From: Antechinus flavipes
Lineage: Eukaryota
Length of the DNA: 64,000 nucleotides
Direction of reading: 5' to 3'
Assembly (NCBI RefSeq): GCF_016432865.1
Contig: NC_067400.1
Coordinates: 554,466,001-554,530,000 of the forward strand
Part shown: piece after piece, positions 11,241 through 24,289 of the stretch
Layout of the letters: each line of letters begins with the position of its first letter
Numbering within the stretch: the first letter of the stretch is position 1
The notes under the pieces: model-generated
Seen by the model: the letters and a program-made list of their open reading frames with translations, nothing else
Told to the model about the DNA's origin: nothing
The model's database searches: none
Program-made: the position numbers and the translations under genes

Positions 11241-14200
11241 TGAAAGAAGGAAAGTGTCTCTCAAAAGGGTGCAGAATGGACACACAGATTCAGACAGTAG
11301 ACAGACTTAATATTTACAAATTTTCATCATATATGCAGAAGGAACTGTAGACCTTTTCCTCATGTCCCAAGATGTTGAACCTTAGGTTTTAGGAAATAGT
11401 TTTACCATCCTGGTGAACAGCCATACTGTACTATATTGTTGGAGTTATTATATGGAAGTTCTTGATAGCTATCCTAGCATAGGAAAAAAAAAAACAAACC
11501 TTGGATTAGCTCAAAACTGCTTGGTGAGCTTGTCAGAACCAGAGTATTTTGCCAGTCATATGGAACAGCACCTGTAGACCTAATCTCAGAAATGCAGGAG
11601 CAGCTTTCTAAAAGAACTGAAACTCTGGTTTGGACCTTTTAGCAAAAAGATATTTGAAGCTCTGAGATAAGAGAAGCAAAAATAAGCACATTTTTTCCAT
11701 TTGTAATGTTTAGTTGGCCTTGCTGTGAGAAACCAAATGTGGATGCAGAGTTCAGCAAATTTCTTGAGAAATGCCTGGAACAAATTAAGCATGAGCAAAT
11801 GTTAAAATAATTCAATTGAGTTACCTTACCTTTCCCTCATTCTAAGCCCACCCTATCCTGTGTTTTCATGGATCTTCTTGATAATGGTATACCACAGAAC
11901 AGAGACTTATGGAATCACTAAAATAGATAATTTTATTCACCTGTCAACATCATATCTACAATGTTATTCACATCTGTTTCCTTCTTTTCCTGTGACCATC
12001 ATATTACTTCAGGCTCTCCCAAACCTTTGTTTGGACTGATAAATAGTTCCTCCACCATGAGAATGCTAAACTAGAAGCTTTTAAATTGTACTCCCTAAGA
12101 GCCCCAAAATTTCCTAGACAGATTTGCTGAATGTATTTGAATTTAAATGAGAAAAAATAAATATTTTTTCAATTACTCACTGAAATTTGTATTTCTTTCA
12201 ATTTGTAATTTTTTTTCTAATAAGATCAGAATACTCTCAGAAAAGCCTGGAAATACTTTGATGAATTCATTCAAAGCAAAATGTACTATGTATAAAATAA
12301 CAATAATACTGTAAGATGATCAGCTGTGAATGATTTTGCTATCCTCAGCAATACAATGATCCAAGACAATTTGGAAAGAGTTATGATGATAAATATTAAC
12401 CTTATCTGGAGAAAGAAGTGATTGTGTCTGAATGCAGAATGAAACATACATTTTTCAAACTTTGTTTTCCTTGAGGATGTTCTTTTGTGAGGTAAAATTG
12501 TTTTCATGTCCAAAAACCATGACTTTTATGGAAAAGTTCTGCATAAATTTACATGTGCCTTCTCAATGTGAGGGGTGGGGGGAGGAAAACAGAGAATCTG
12601 GGACTCAAAATTTTAAAAACAAATGTTAAAAATTATTTTACATGTAACTGAGGAAAAATAAAATATTAAATGAATCTAAAAAATTATTTTTGAAAATGTG
12701 TCTATAGCTTTCATTGCACTGTCAAAGACACAAATGTGCCCATGAAACAAAAAAGTTACAGAATCTCTCGTGTTGTCCATCTTGCAAATGCTCCCAGAAT
12801 GATCTTAAAGATTTGACCTCATCATCCCTCAACTAACCTTCAGTGATGCCCAAAAGTATTGAAGTCCCTACACATTTTGGTCCTATTCTGCTTTCCTAGC
12901 CATCTCTTTTGTCTCTTTTACAATATTTAACAGACATGCCTTATACACATCTTGTGGATACAGCTCTGTGTAGTTAGTGACACAGTTCTATTGATAAGGA
13001 TCTCACACCAGAATTTCTTTGTATCCTAGCCTGTCTATGTTTTTTTTGTTATTATCACTATACCTTTGACTAGGCAATTCCCTATATGTGCCCTGCTCTC
13101 TTCCCTCCTATCCATTAATCCATGGTACTCCTCTCCTTCTTCTAAGAATTAACTTTCCAAAAGTGCTGCCATGACTTTTCTCCAGGATTAAACATAGGAC
13201 TCTAATTCAGTAAAAGTTAAGTCAAGACATTTCCTAGGGAAAAGGAGAGTCTGTCTTTCTGCAATAGAAGATTTTATTTTTTGATTTGTCTCTTCTATAC
13301 CAATCAAAATGTTTTAGTTTAGAAATGACTTAAAACCCTTCCAAGTCTTAATTCAAATTCAGATTTAGCTTTAAAATCTAAAATTTTGTGTCATTCAAAT
13401 TTTTTTAGCTCCACAATTTCAAAGATTTCTCCAAACTAAACTTTCCCAGAATGGTCATAATTGGTAGGTGGTTTAAATGGGAGTTGGTATTAGTGATTAG
13501 TATAAGGGTGGAAAAGTAAGTGGAAAATTTCCTTAGCTCTTCCCCTTATCTTTCTTTCTTTTTCTTAAAGAGGAAACCATGAATGAAGACACAGATTAAA
13601 TGAAGGATGGGAGGGTGAGGAGAGATAAATACAGAAAATTTACATTCAGGAAATTTGCCTCTAAGGACAATACATTATCAAGACTGAGAAGTTACTGTGA
13701 ATTGAGTCATACAGAATCATTTTACATGTGTCAAATATTTTATCCACTGTCAGTTCCCCTCCCTATTTCTGCATGACAAATAGTAATAGTAGTAATAAAA
13801 ATAATAAATAGTATATATAAAGCAGTTTAAGATTTGCAAAAATGTTTCTATATGTATTAACTCATTTGTTTTGATGTTGATCACAACTTTGTGAAGTTAG
13901 TGCTATCATTATCTTCATTTTATAGAATATGAAATTGAAGCTAGGATGTTAAATGACTTTTCCAACATTGAACCTGTCTTCATATGTAATCTCATTGTTT
14001 CATATAATTCCTTTGGTACTTATCTTTCTCATTTCTAAAATAGGTATCATAATAATTATTGTCCTACCTAAATTATATAATGAGAATCAGTCATGAAAAT
14101 GTCTTGTAAAATTTGGTCATCTTTCTGGTTTTGTCTTTTCAATTATTATTATGAATAGTATTCACATCTTCCCTGGGTATCCCTCCTTTTCTGCATATAG

Positions 14201-14840
14201 AGATGGGTTCAATACATTCTACTCCATTAGTCACAGAAAGTAAAAAAGGAGAAGCAGAGAGGAGAAATGGAAAGTAAGTCTGTAATCCCTACCTTTGGCC
14301 TTCACTTGTCTTCAGTGGTAGGGAGGAAAAGATTTCAAAGGAGAGGGGAAACTAAAATGCACTAAGTACCAGTTCTGCAAGAAGGAGCCAATTTGAAATA
14401 CAATGTATGAATGTACGTATGTATGTATGTATTTACCTATTTATCTAGCTGTCCTTTTTTCTCTCTCCTTAGGTGCAACAAGAGATTCTTCCCTCATGGT
14501 TCTCATGAAGAATTCTAGAAGCCTAAACAGAGGAAAGGTCACCAAGAAGGGAAGGAATGGAAAAAAAAATAAAGGGGGGAAAGACTGAGGAAGGCATCAG
14601 GTGTCCAGAACTACACAAAATGGGAGATGATTGAGTCAGAAGCGAAACAAGGATGGAAAAAAAGCTTTGACTTTTGCTCAATCAGCAAGCATTTTACTAA
14701 GTACTGGCTGAGCCAGTAGCTATGCTAAATACTATGGATAAAAACTAAAAAGGGAGACCTAATTCTTTCCCTTAAATAATTCATGCTTTATTGGGGAAAT
14801 AAGACACTTTCAGTGATAAGTAAATACTAAATATATGCTC

Positions 14841-14875
<35 letters not shown>

Positions 14876-15839
14876 GGAGAAGGAAGTATTAACAATTTAT
14901 AGTATTCTGAAAGGCATCTTATATTAAAGGAGAGAACTGGAGTATAGGTACTGGTACTGGTGGTGAACAGGATAATACTATGGATTCCAACTGGCATAGA
15001 TCAGGATGGAGAATATTCTAGAAATGGTGATTAGGCTATTCAAAGATAAGGCAGCTGAAGGTTGAATTTTTTGTTTGGGGGAGAATTTATAGGATACTTT
15101 GGCTAGAGCACAGAAAGTGAGAGAATCAGCCAGGAGAATAATAGTGCTATTCTTTCCAAGAAGGGGGAAGGAAAGATATTTAATGAGTTTAGGAGGAAAG
15201 ATAATGAGTTCTGTTTGGGGCCTTTTGACTTTGAAATGCCCACCTTATGTTGATCTGGAAGATATGTAGAACTGCAGTTGGGGAGAGAAGGGAATCGTTG
15301 GTATATGGATTTGGGATTTTTGTGCATAGAAGGAATAGTTGAATCTATGAAGCCGTAAACAAAAAAGATCAAGATTTAAAAGTAGAAGTTCTTAAAGAAG
15401 CTCTTAAAGCTGAGCATGGATGTCCTGTACTAAAGAAAACTAGGACTCAAGGAGTACTCACAGACTGAACTTTCTGAACTATGAAGCTATCCTTGGTACT
15501 GCTAATTCAAAGTGTGACTAAGAAATGTATTTACTTTTAACTCCATGGTCCTCTGTTTCTTTTTCCATGAAGTGAATAAATTGGACTATATTCTTAAGAT
15601 ATGTTTTATTTTTAATAACCTAAATCCTAGCAATCATCCTTTTGAGAAAATATGGCATTGACTATATACTCTCTTCCACCAAAGCACACTTGTCCAAAAG
15701 GATCCTCCTCAAGTACTTCCTTCTTTCTGAAGAATTTGTTATAGGAAAGCTTTAGCAATAACACATAAGTGTTCAGAAGCTAAGATTTGAATACTCATGA
15801 GAAATGAACTACTGTGGAAAATGCCCTGATCTTCCAATT

Positions 15840-15842
<3 letters not shown>

Positions 15843-15885
<43 letters not shown>
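15843..15885 (+). repeat. Poly(A)43 tract
   Basis: 43 consecutive A; the paralogous site 5894-5907 has 14. Confidence 0.9.
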
Positions 15886-15889
<4 letters not shown>

Positions 15890-18844
15890 TTTGAACTATT
15901 TATTGATCTTATATCCTTGGGTAGATCAGTTGTTTCTGATTCTGGCTTTCCCCTTCTATAAAATGAGAACAAGATGATCTTGTTGAGCTCTAATGTTCTA
16001 TGATTCTAAGAAAAGAAGACTGAGATGGCTCATAAAGATTTTAGCTAATTTCAAGTTGTTTGGCTGGCTTTGAAGAAGAGAAATACTTGTTCCCTGCCCC
16101 TCTCAGCTATCTTAGCCACCTATTCACTATCTACTACTTCAATTGATTGCCTTCATAAGACTCACAGATTGCACATTGGAATAGGTGTTCCAAAATATAA
16201 GACCATGTTTCTGGTAAGAGCAGTCTGTGGGTCATATGAAGGCAATAAATTGTAGCCCACTTTTGATTACACTGAACTGTATTATCTAAACAAAGAGTTC
16301 TTAATCTGGGATATACTAACTCCCTAGGATTTTGGATATAGATCTCAGGGCATCTATGAATTTGAAAAGGAAAAATGCATTTTCATTTAAAGATAATTGA
16401 TTTTCTTTGGAATTGTGAATTTTATTTTATACCTTTAAAAAGAATCAAGTTTTTCCACAGGTTTCACCGAACCACTAAAAGAGTCCATAAGATTTTTAAA
16501 AAAGAGTTTAAGGGTCTCTGATAAATACCTTAGTATTTATCTAGTTGCTATTTTCTATCAATTCTTTTTTGTCACAAAAGCCTTCATCAAGTTTAGGGCC
16601 AAGGGACTGAGGAAAATATCTGATAGAGATTCCTTGTTTATGCGTAGTTCTTGTTAGAGAAGGTACTAAACCAAGTGCCAAAGAAGGAAGTATCAGGAAG
16701 ATCCAATGAAATTAGTTATTTTCCATAAATCTCAAGTATCTAATCCTACTATTCTGGAATAATGAAAACAGAGCTAATGAAATCTGTGCATTATGTTACT
16801 AACCTCAGTTTTTACATAACAGTTGAATTCTTCAGTTCAGTCTCATGTTGTCATGGGCTCAGTTAATAGGTCTATTCTGCCTATCCCTTATAACTCTGCC
16901 TACTAAAACCTTCATGAAATCTCCAAGCCCCTGGAGATTAAAGACCTCTAGGATGCAAATCTCTATTTTTAAGGTCTCAGAGATTATGCTGTCTACTTAG
17001 CCATTTATAGATGTTTTCAGGTGGGAATAGAATTCAGGTGGAGAATTCAGAAGGACTCTAGAATGAGGAAGGTGTTAAAAAGGTTGTTGCATTTGTGTTT
17101 TCAGTGCTTAATACAATATTTGACACATATAAGCATCTAGCATAACTTTTTATTTGTTTTATTATTTATTTTCTCACTAGTTATATGGTCACTTAGTAAC
17201 AACCTTCTGGATTCAGGGTGGGAGGAGAAAATCTGAATTTTTGAAGGATAGATCAATGAATCACTCAAGCAATCAATCTTTTCTGAATGCCTTGGAGACT
17301 TATCCTTGTTTTCCATCATCAAAGGCAATATAGGGACTATATGAAACCTGTCTTCAGGCTCTCTAATCTTTCATAGCATTCGACATTACTCTCAAAGCCT
17401 CTAATTTGACCAACCCTTTTTATTACGTAGAGTCTCTCTGGAAGTTTTTAGGATCAATGGATCAGAGATATTCTTGTTATTAATCTCTACTTTGCACTTC
17501 AATGGATTTTTCTTCAAGGAAAAGTTTTCATGGAGTAAAGATCACAAGGTGGAAGGCATCCCTAATTCCTGAGTTCAGACTTGTGTTGAATGGGGTAGTC
17601 TTACTGATGGGGTAATAATGGCATGTGTCTAATTTTACCTACCAAATCAATTAGAAAAAAAGAGGAAAGAACTATGGAAGATTTTTGAAAAAAATCTTGA
17701 GATTTTTTTGACCTCATTGGCTAGATGTCCCAGTATATCATGTTGGAAGAGTGTTAGATTTTTATAATTCATAAGTGAATCTTGGCTTGATTCCTTAAGG
17801 TTACCAGCCCTGGAATGTATTCAGTCCAATTTAATTCAATTCATCAAGTATTTATTAAATACCCATTAAGTAAAGAGTTTGCTAAGCATTTGGGTTTATA
17901 AAGACACAAAAGAGAATCCCTACCCTGAAGTAATATACATTTTTATTTGATACAGGTTCATACATCGGGAGCTAGAAGAGACATTCAAGATTATCTCCCT
18001 CAGTCATCTCATTTACAGATGAGGAAATTGATTATTAGAGAGATTAAGTGACTTTTCTAAAGTAATATGGTAGTGACTGAGAGATCTGGAATTTGAACCC
18101 CAGATTACAAGTTCAGTGTTCTTCCTGTCACATCATTGAGTCCCTTAAGATTATTTAAAAATAGTATTTTAACACCAGTGACTTCACTGGCCAAGTAAGT
18201 TCTATGACTTCTTGAGATATGCACATAAATTAGGAGATTATTTTTCTTTTGTAAATATAATCGTTGCCCTTAGTTCTTGTAGAAGGCTGAAATGACATCA
18301 TTATTTTAGAGTGAATGTACAGTAGCTAATGGTGGCTGCTCTAACCAATACAATCTCAAAATGCTCTACCACAGTCTGGCCACAAATAGTCCATGGGCTA
18401 TTTGAAAATGTCTCTAAATTTGAGCATCTCACATTTCTTTTGAGCTATTGCAATTCTATATTGTTCATGGAACAGTGTTCTACCACACCTTGAGACAGCT
18501 CAGCTGTGAGGAAGAAGGTCCTAGAAAAGAGGGTACATGCTAGAGTGATAATTCTTCATTGATAAGAAAGTTTGGGTAGGGGGAATACAGAAGAATACAC
18601 ACTGTCGTGTGTTGGGACTTAGGAAATAGTACTAGTTAGACCTCTAAAACCATATAGTGGTGTGTCAACAGAACAAGCATACTAATCATGTTGACATTCC
18701 TTGATAAGTTTCAGGATTTAGTGAAGTCATGTTGGCCAATTAATTACTCAGAATAATAATGAAAATTAATGCTTATAAACTCTTTATGGTTAGAAAACAT
18801 ATCACATATGACATCTCATAACTGTCTCAAAGAAAAATATGAAA

Positions 18845-19567
18845 TGAAGTGCATACCATTTGAGCCAGCAGTCTTAACTAGATCTGTATTCCAAAGAGAT
18901 CATAAAAAGGAAAAAAAAACTACATGTGCAAAAATATTTGCAGGAGCCCTTTTTGTAAGTAGAAAGAAACTGGAAACTGAGTGGAATCCCATTAGTTGTG
19001 GTATAGCTCAATCAGTCGTGGTATATGAATGTAATGGAATATTTTTATTCTATAAGAAATGATGAACAGTTTGATTTCAGAAAAGCCTGAAAAGATATAC
19101 ATGAACTGATCATAATGAAGTGAGTAGAACCAAGAGAACATTGTACACAGCAACAAGAAGATTATGTGATGATCAATTTTGATGGACTTGGATTTTTTTT
19201 AATAATGAGGTGATTTAAGGCAGTTCCAATAGACTTGTAATGGAAAGAGCTATTCCCATCCAGAGAGAAAACTATGGAGACTGAATGTTGATCAAAACAT
19301 AGCATTTTCACCTTTGTTCTTGTTGTTTGTTTTTTTCTTTCTCATTTTTTTTCTTTTTGTCTGATTTTCATTGTGCAGCATGACAAATTTGGAAATATTT
19401 TTAGAAGAATTGCACATGTTTGACCTATATACAATCTAGGGAAAAGGGTAGGGAGAAGGGAAGGAGAAAAATTTAGAAGATAAAGTTTTGTAAGGGTCAA
19501 TGTTTAACAGTATCTTTGCATGTATTTTGAAAAATAAAAAGCTTTTATTAAAAAAGAAAAAGTAGAA
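18845..19567 (+). mobile_element. L1 fragment (duplicate of 8870-9597)
   Basis: Same L1 ORF2 and 3'UTR remnant within duplication unit 2. Confidence 0.9.
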
Positions 19568-20251
19568 AACATGAAACCTGAAGAATCTTGTGAATGTAGT
19601 ATGAATGTGTGTGTTATTAGTTCTACTTTTTAGATGCAAAAAGAAAGACCAAAAGGAATTTATGGGTCCTATGTAAAATCACATACCTAGGTAACAGCTG
19701 TTTCTTGAGCCTGTGAGAATTCTGTCTTCAAGTCTAATTTTACTGCCACAATACTGTGCTATCTTTCTTCTTCATGCTAATAGGAACATAACTTTTTACA
19801 CTAGAGTCAGTATTCTCTACCTGATACATTTATTGGGTAATTGTTATCACATCAGGCTATATAATAGAATAGTATGTACTTACCTCTTTTTTATATACCA
19901 TTTTAAGATTTACAATGTATTCTTCATTTATTTTGTTATTATTGTCTTATAAAATGTGTTATTATTAATTTCATTTGAAATGGAAAAACTGAGGGTAGAG
20001 GAGACTCCAAGCCCAGAACTTTATCCATACTGGGATGGGACTTCAAAAAAATCTAATTCTAACCACTGAACTTTCATGAGAATGAGCACTATCTCACCTC
20101 TAGTTTGACATCTCTTCCCTTCAATATCTATATATTAAAGGCTTTGCCAAAACAAATTCACTTTGTTTATGATTATGACTATACTCATAGTTCCCACCCA
20201 ATCTCAACCATCATTAGTTTCCTGAGATCCCAGAACTATTGCCTAAAGAAA

Positions 20252-21217
20252 TTAACTTTGACCTTTTCTCCTTAGCAACCTAAGCATTGCCTCCCGAATG
20301 TGCTTGGACTTGACACTGTAGATGATGGGGTTGAGCACAGGGGGCACGATTAGGTATACATATGCTACAAGGGCATGCACAATTGGGGGCGCATGCTTAC
20401 CAAAGCGATGGATAATGGACACTCCAATAACTGGAATATAGAAGACCAGAACAGCTAGAATATGGGAGACACAAGTGTTGAGAGCCCGGACTCTTTCTTT
20501 AGGAGAAGCCAAACCCATCACAGTGTATAATATCAGGCCATAGGAGAGGGCAATTAGCAGGGAATCCACAACTGCAGTGGATACTACTACATAGAGTCCA
20601 TATAGGATGTTGACAGTGATGTCAGCACAGGCCCTCTTCATCATGTCAGCATGAAAGCAGAATGAATGTGAAAGCTGGACTTTCTCAGGGCAGAAATTCA
20701 GTCTCTTCAGCAGGAAAGGCACAGGGAAGAGAGAAACAGTAGCACGGGTCACAATAGCCATTCCAATCCTGCCAATGACACTGTTGGTAAGGACAGAGGC
20801 ATAACGCAATGGGTTTGAGATGGCCACAAAGCGGTCAAAGGACATGGCCAGAAGCACTGAAGATTCTACAACAGAGAAGGAATGGAGGAAGAACATCTGG
20901 ATCAAGCAGGCATCAAAGGCTATCCGACGATAATCAAACCAGAGCACAGCCAAGGTGGTGGGAAGTGTGCACAAAGTGAGTCCCAAGTCAGTGAGAGACA
21001 ACATGGAAAGGAAGTAATACATGGGCTGGTGCAGACTGGGAGTCCTCCTCACGGCTAGTAGGATCAGGCAATTGCCTGTGAGAGCCAGAGAATACATAGA
21101 ACAAAAGGGGATAGAGAGCCATCCATGCACAGCTTCCAGTCCCGGAATGCCAATCAGCAGGAAAGCAGATGGTTGGAAGAAAGATCTGTTGTTATGAGAT
21201 TGTGGAAGCGACATCAT
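20252..21217 (-). CDS. Class I olfactory receptor, OR51 family (paralog C, 321 aa)
   Basis: Intact ORF starting MMSLPQSHNNRSFFQ with all OR motifs. TM5 (VVSTAVVD) and the 5' flank differ from A and B. Confidence 0.95.
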   Translation of the reverse strand: MMSLPQSHNNRSFFQPSAFLLIGIPGLEAVHGWLSIPFCSMYSLALTGNCLILLAVRRTPSLHQPMYYFLSMLSLTDLGLTLCTLPTTLAVLWFDYRRIAFDACLIQMFFLHSFSVVESSVLLAMSFDRFVAISNPLRYASVLTNSVIGRIGMAIVTRATVSLFPVPFLLKRLNFCPEKVQLSHSFCFHADMMKRACADITVNILYGLYVVVSTAVVDSLLIALSYGLILYTVMGLASPKERVRALNTCVSHILAVLVFYIPVIGVSIIHRFGKHAPPIVHALVAYVYLIVPPVLNPIIYSVKSKHIREAMLRLLRRKGQS

Positions 21218-21549
21218 TGAAAAACAGAAAGTGTCTCTCAGACCAAAAGGATCTCTCAAAAGATGACACTATTTCAGACTTTACATATAGATTCAGATAG
21301 AAGATAGCATCAATGTCTACAAATGTTTTGATCAAGAATACAGAAGTGAATGCAGACATTTTTCTCAGGTATCAGACACTAAAACCTGATTTCCCATTTA
21401 ATTAGAATGGAAGTTGTCTATGAGTCAGCAGTGGACATCCTAACACATAATTTTCAGCTGTTATGTAGAATTCTTTTCCTTTGTAGATTTCCTAGAATAT
21501 AAATTGTTTAAAAGTATTCAAAACTTAATTTGAATAAATTTAAGATCAT

Positions 21550-21785
21550 TAATTCTTAACCTTTTCTTTTAGTGTTAGTCATGGGCTCCTTTGGCAGTCT
21601 GGTGGAGTCTATGGATCTCTTTTCAGAATAATGTTTTTAAATAATTGAAGAAAATGTTCAAATTTAGTTCAGTTATAATTCAGAAAATAACAATGCAGTT
21701 TTTTCTTTCCAAGATAAGAGATCCCCTGTAATCTATTAACAGATCCCTTTAAGGGATCTATAGACTCTTAAGTTCAGAACTTCTG
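21550..21785. mobile_element. hAT/MER5-like MITE
   Basis: ttcttaacctttt...gtcatgggctcctttggcagtctggtggagtctatggatctcttttcagaataatgtttttaaa: same family as 6313-6542, opposite orientation. Confidence 0.6.
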
Positions 21786-23292
21786 CTTTTGGGTAAAAGA
21801 TGCTTGATCAGTTACCAAGGGAATCTGAACAAAATTGAAGCATATATTTAGCCTGTGAGGATTATGTCTGGGAAAATAAATATATGTTAATCCAGAGTAG
21901 TTCAGAATTATTATCAAAAGCAAGGTCTTTGCCAGAACTTGTGGTTGTAAGATGGACTCCAGTGCTACGGAGTGGGCTTCTGACAAACCTCAGGCCCTCG
22001 TTTGAAGCTAAGAAAGGATTTTTTGAAATTTTAACCTAGACTAAAGAGATTTTAATCTGAGCAAATAACACTGAATTTTTTACCTTATTTTTGGATTTGC
22101 AGAGAGCCTTGACAAATAACCATGTGAGTTTTGATAAACCAACCAGAGTCTATCTAGCAAAGTATCTCAAATGTCTTTCCTCCATATTTCCCCAACATTA
22201 AAAAAAATTATCAATCACTTGCCATGTTCAATGATCTTTGCTAAAAAGTTACCATACAAAATTAAAAATACACAAAACCTTCCCAAACCAAGACTAACCA
22301 ACTAAGCAACAGTGAAACACTCATTGAGGTTATACCAGAAATCTTCTGGTCTTATTTCTAATGTCTAACTTTGTACATTGGTCACAATTTCACCAGGCTA
22401 CACTAACCTCTTCCTTCCTTTCCATCAATTCTTGTCCTTTCTCCTTATAAATAAAAATAAAACAAATAAAAACTAAAACACAACTAAAGTACTCAAAGAA
22501 GTTTTTTCTTATTAATATCAACCATATCCAATCACCCTATGTCTCATGACATTGACCTACAAATTGTGAATTGCAGTACTTATGCTTCTTTATACTTATT
22601 TATCATTTGTCTTTTTTCTTCATTTTTTAAAATTTTACTATATTTTCAGTTCTGAATTCTCTCCTCCCCTCATCCCCTTCCCTTGCCATTGAAAAGACAA
22701 GGGGAGAAAAACTTCATCACAAATATGTCTTTTTTTCAATTGTGGATGACCTACCTGATCAGACCAGTGGCTCCCCAACCAGGTGGCTATCTGACTATCT
22801 CCTATTCTCAAACCCAAGTATTTTCCCCAAGAAAAGGATATGAAGTCTTTGGGTAAGGAAAATCTTGCTTATTTGTTTTAATCCATGTCTTTATCTTAGT
22901 CACAAAGACTGAAGTTATTAAGGGCTTCAAATTCAGTCAAATCTCAATTCTGACTGAGAGTAGGAACTCAACTTTATCTCATAGTTTCATCAACTTTCCC
23001 AACTTAAACTTTCATATAGAATGCCTATAATATTAGTTGAATTAGATAGTAATTGGAGAGTAGAAAGGACATTTCCCTTACTCTTCATTCTGTTCTTTCT
23101 TCCCTTGAGAGGAGGAGGTTATTGATGAAGAAAGAAATAATCTAAATGTAGCAGAATGAAGTCTGAAGTGGAATCCTTTTTTATTGAGGAAAAAGAACAG
23201 AAATAATCAAAATCCAGAAAATCTTATTCTCTTAAAGAGGAATTTAATTCCAAAGTTTGTAAAATTGTAACACATACGTCTACAGAATACTT

Positions 23293-23490
23293 TGTTCTTA
23301 TTCAGTCATTTTCAACTCTCTTGTAACCTCCTTTGGGGTTTTCTTGACAGAGATACTAAAATGGTTTACCATTTCCTTTTCCAGTTCATTTTTACAGTTC
23401 AAGAACTGAGGTGACATTAAGTGATTTGCCCAGGGTCACTTAGCTAGTCTGAGACCAAATTTGACCTCATGAATAGAAGAATTTCTGACT
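23293..23490 (+). mobile_element. MAR1-like marsupial SINE
   Basis: ttcagtcattttcaactc...tttggggttttcttgacagagatact...ggtttaccatttccttttccag..., then a MIR-like core. Confidence 0.7.
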
Positions 23491-24289
23491 TGCCCAGAGT
23501 ATATTTTGCAATGTGTCAAATGTTATATCTGAAGATAAATTTTCCTCCACCTCTACCTCCATTTGTATATTATTTTTGGTAGGTCATATATGGGGTGACT
23601 TTTATCCTCTCTTAACCTCATCTGTAAAATGGGATACTTATTTTGTATTGTTTGATTGATCAATTAAATATAAAAATGCATCCAGGAAGAACGAAATAAT
23701 TATTTGTAGATAGATAGATATAGACATATGTCAATTATTCTGGGATCCAATAAGAGAAAAATATATGAAAATGCTTTGTAAAGATGAACTCAACTAAAGT
23801 ATCATTGCTATCTTCTTTATTAATGTTATTGTTGCACTCTCCTTCCAAGTTTTTTTTCTTCTGTTTGCATATCACAAAGAAGCTCCAAAACTCTCTTAAA
23901 AATAGAGTGTAATAGATAGATGTGGGCAGAGAATGAAGAAAGTGGGAACAAAAACTGCAGCTTCTTTTTCCAACTCTTCTGCCCCACGTACCGGAGAGTC
24001 TGGAATTCTATGATAGAAGTTGCAAGAATGGGGAGGGGGACCATCATCTAATATTGCAATAAATCTTCTGCTTTCTCTGTTTTGTCCCCATTAGACCACA
24101 CAAGACTCTTGTCTCTGAATGTCTCCCAATTTTCTAGAATAGAGGTAATCCCGTCTAGGAGGAAACAAGGCAAGGGGACCAAAGAGAAGAAGGCTTGAAG
24201 AAGTGAGAGGTTTCAGGTACACAGAAGTAAGAAGAGATAGAGCCAGAAAAGAAGTAAAGATGTGAAGAAACTTTGAGTTTTCCTCTATT

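Larger units (their letters stand above)
10537..20513. repeat. Tandem segmental duplication, unit 2 (~9.98 kb)
   Basis: Copy of 590-10536. Both outer ends and the junction fall inside OR coding sequences. Confidence 0.95.

Noticed and set aside
590-20513. Hypothesis that the tandem duplication is a haplotype false duplication
   Set aside because: Patches with many substitutions and indels look too divergent for alleles. Rejected only provisionally, since long reads or depth data are needed.
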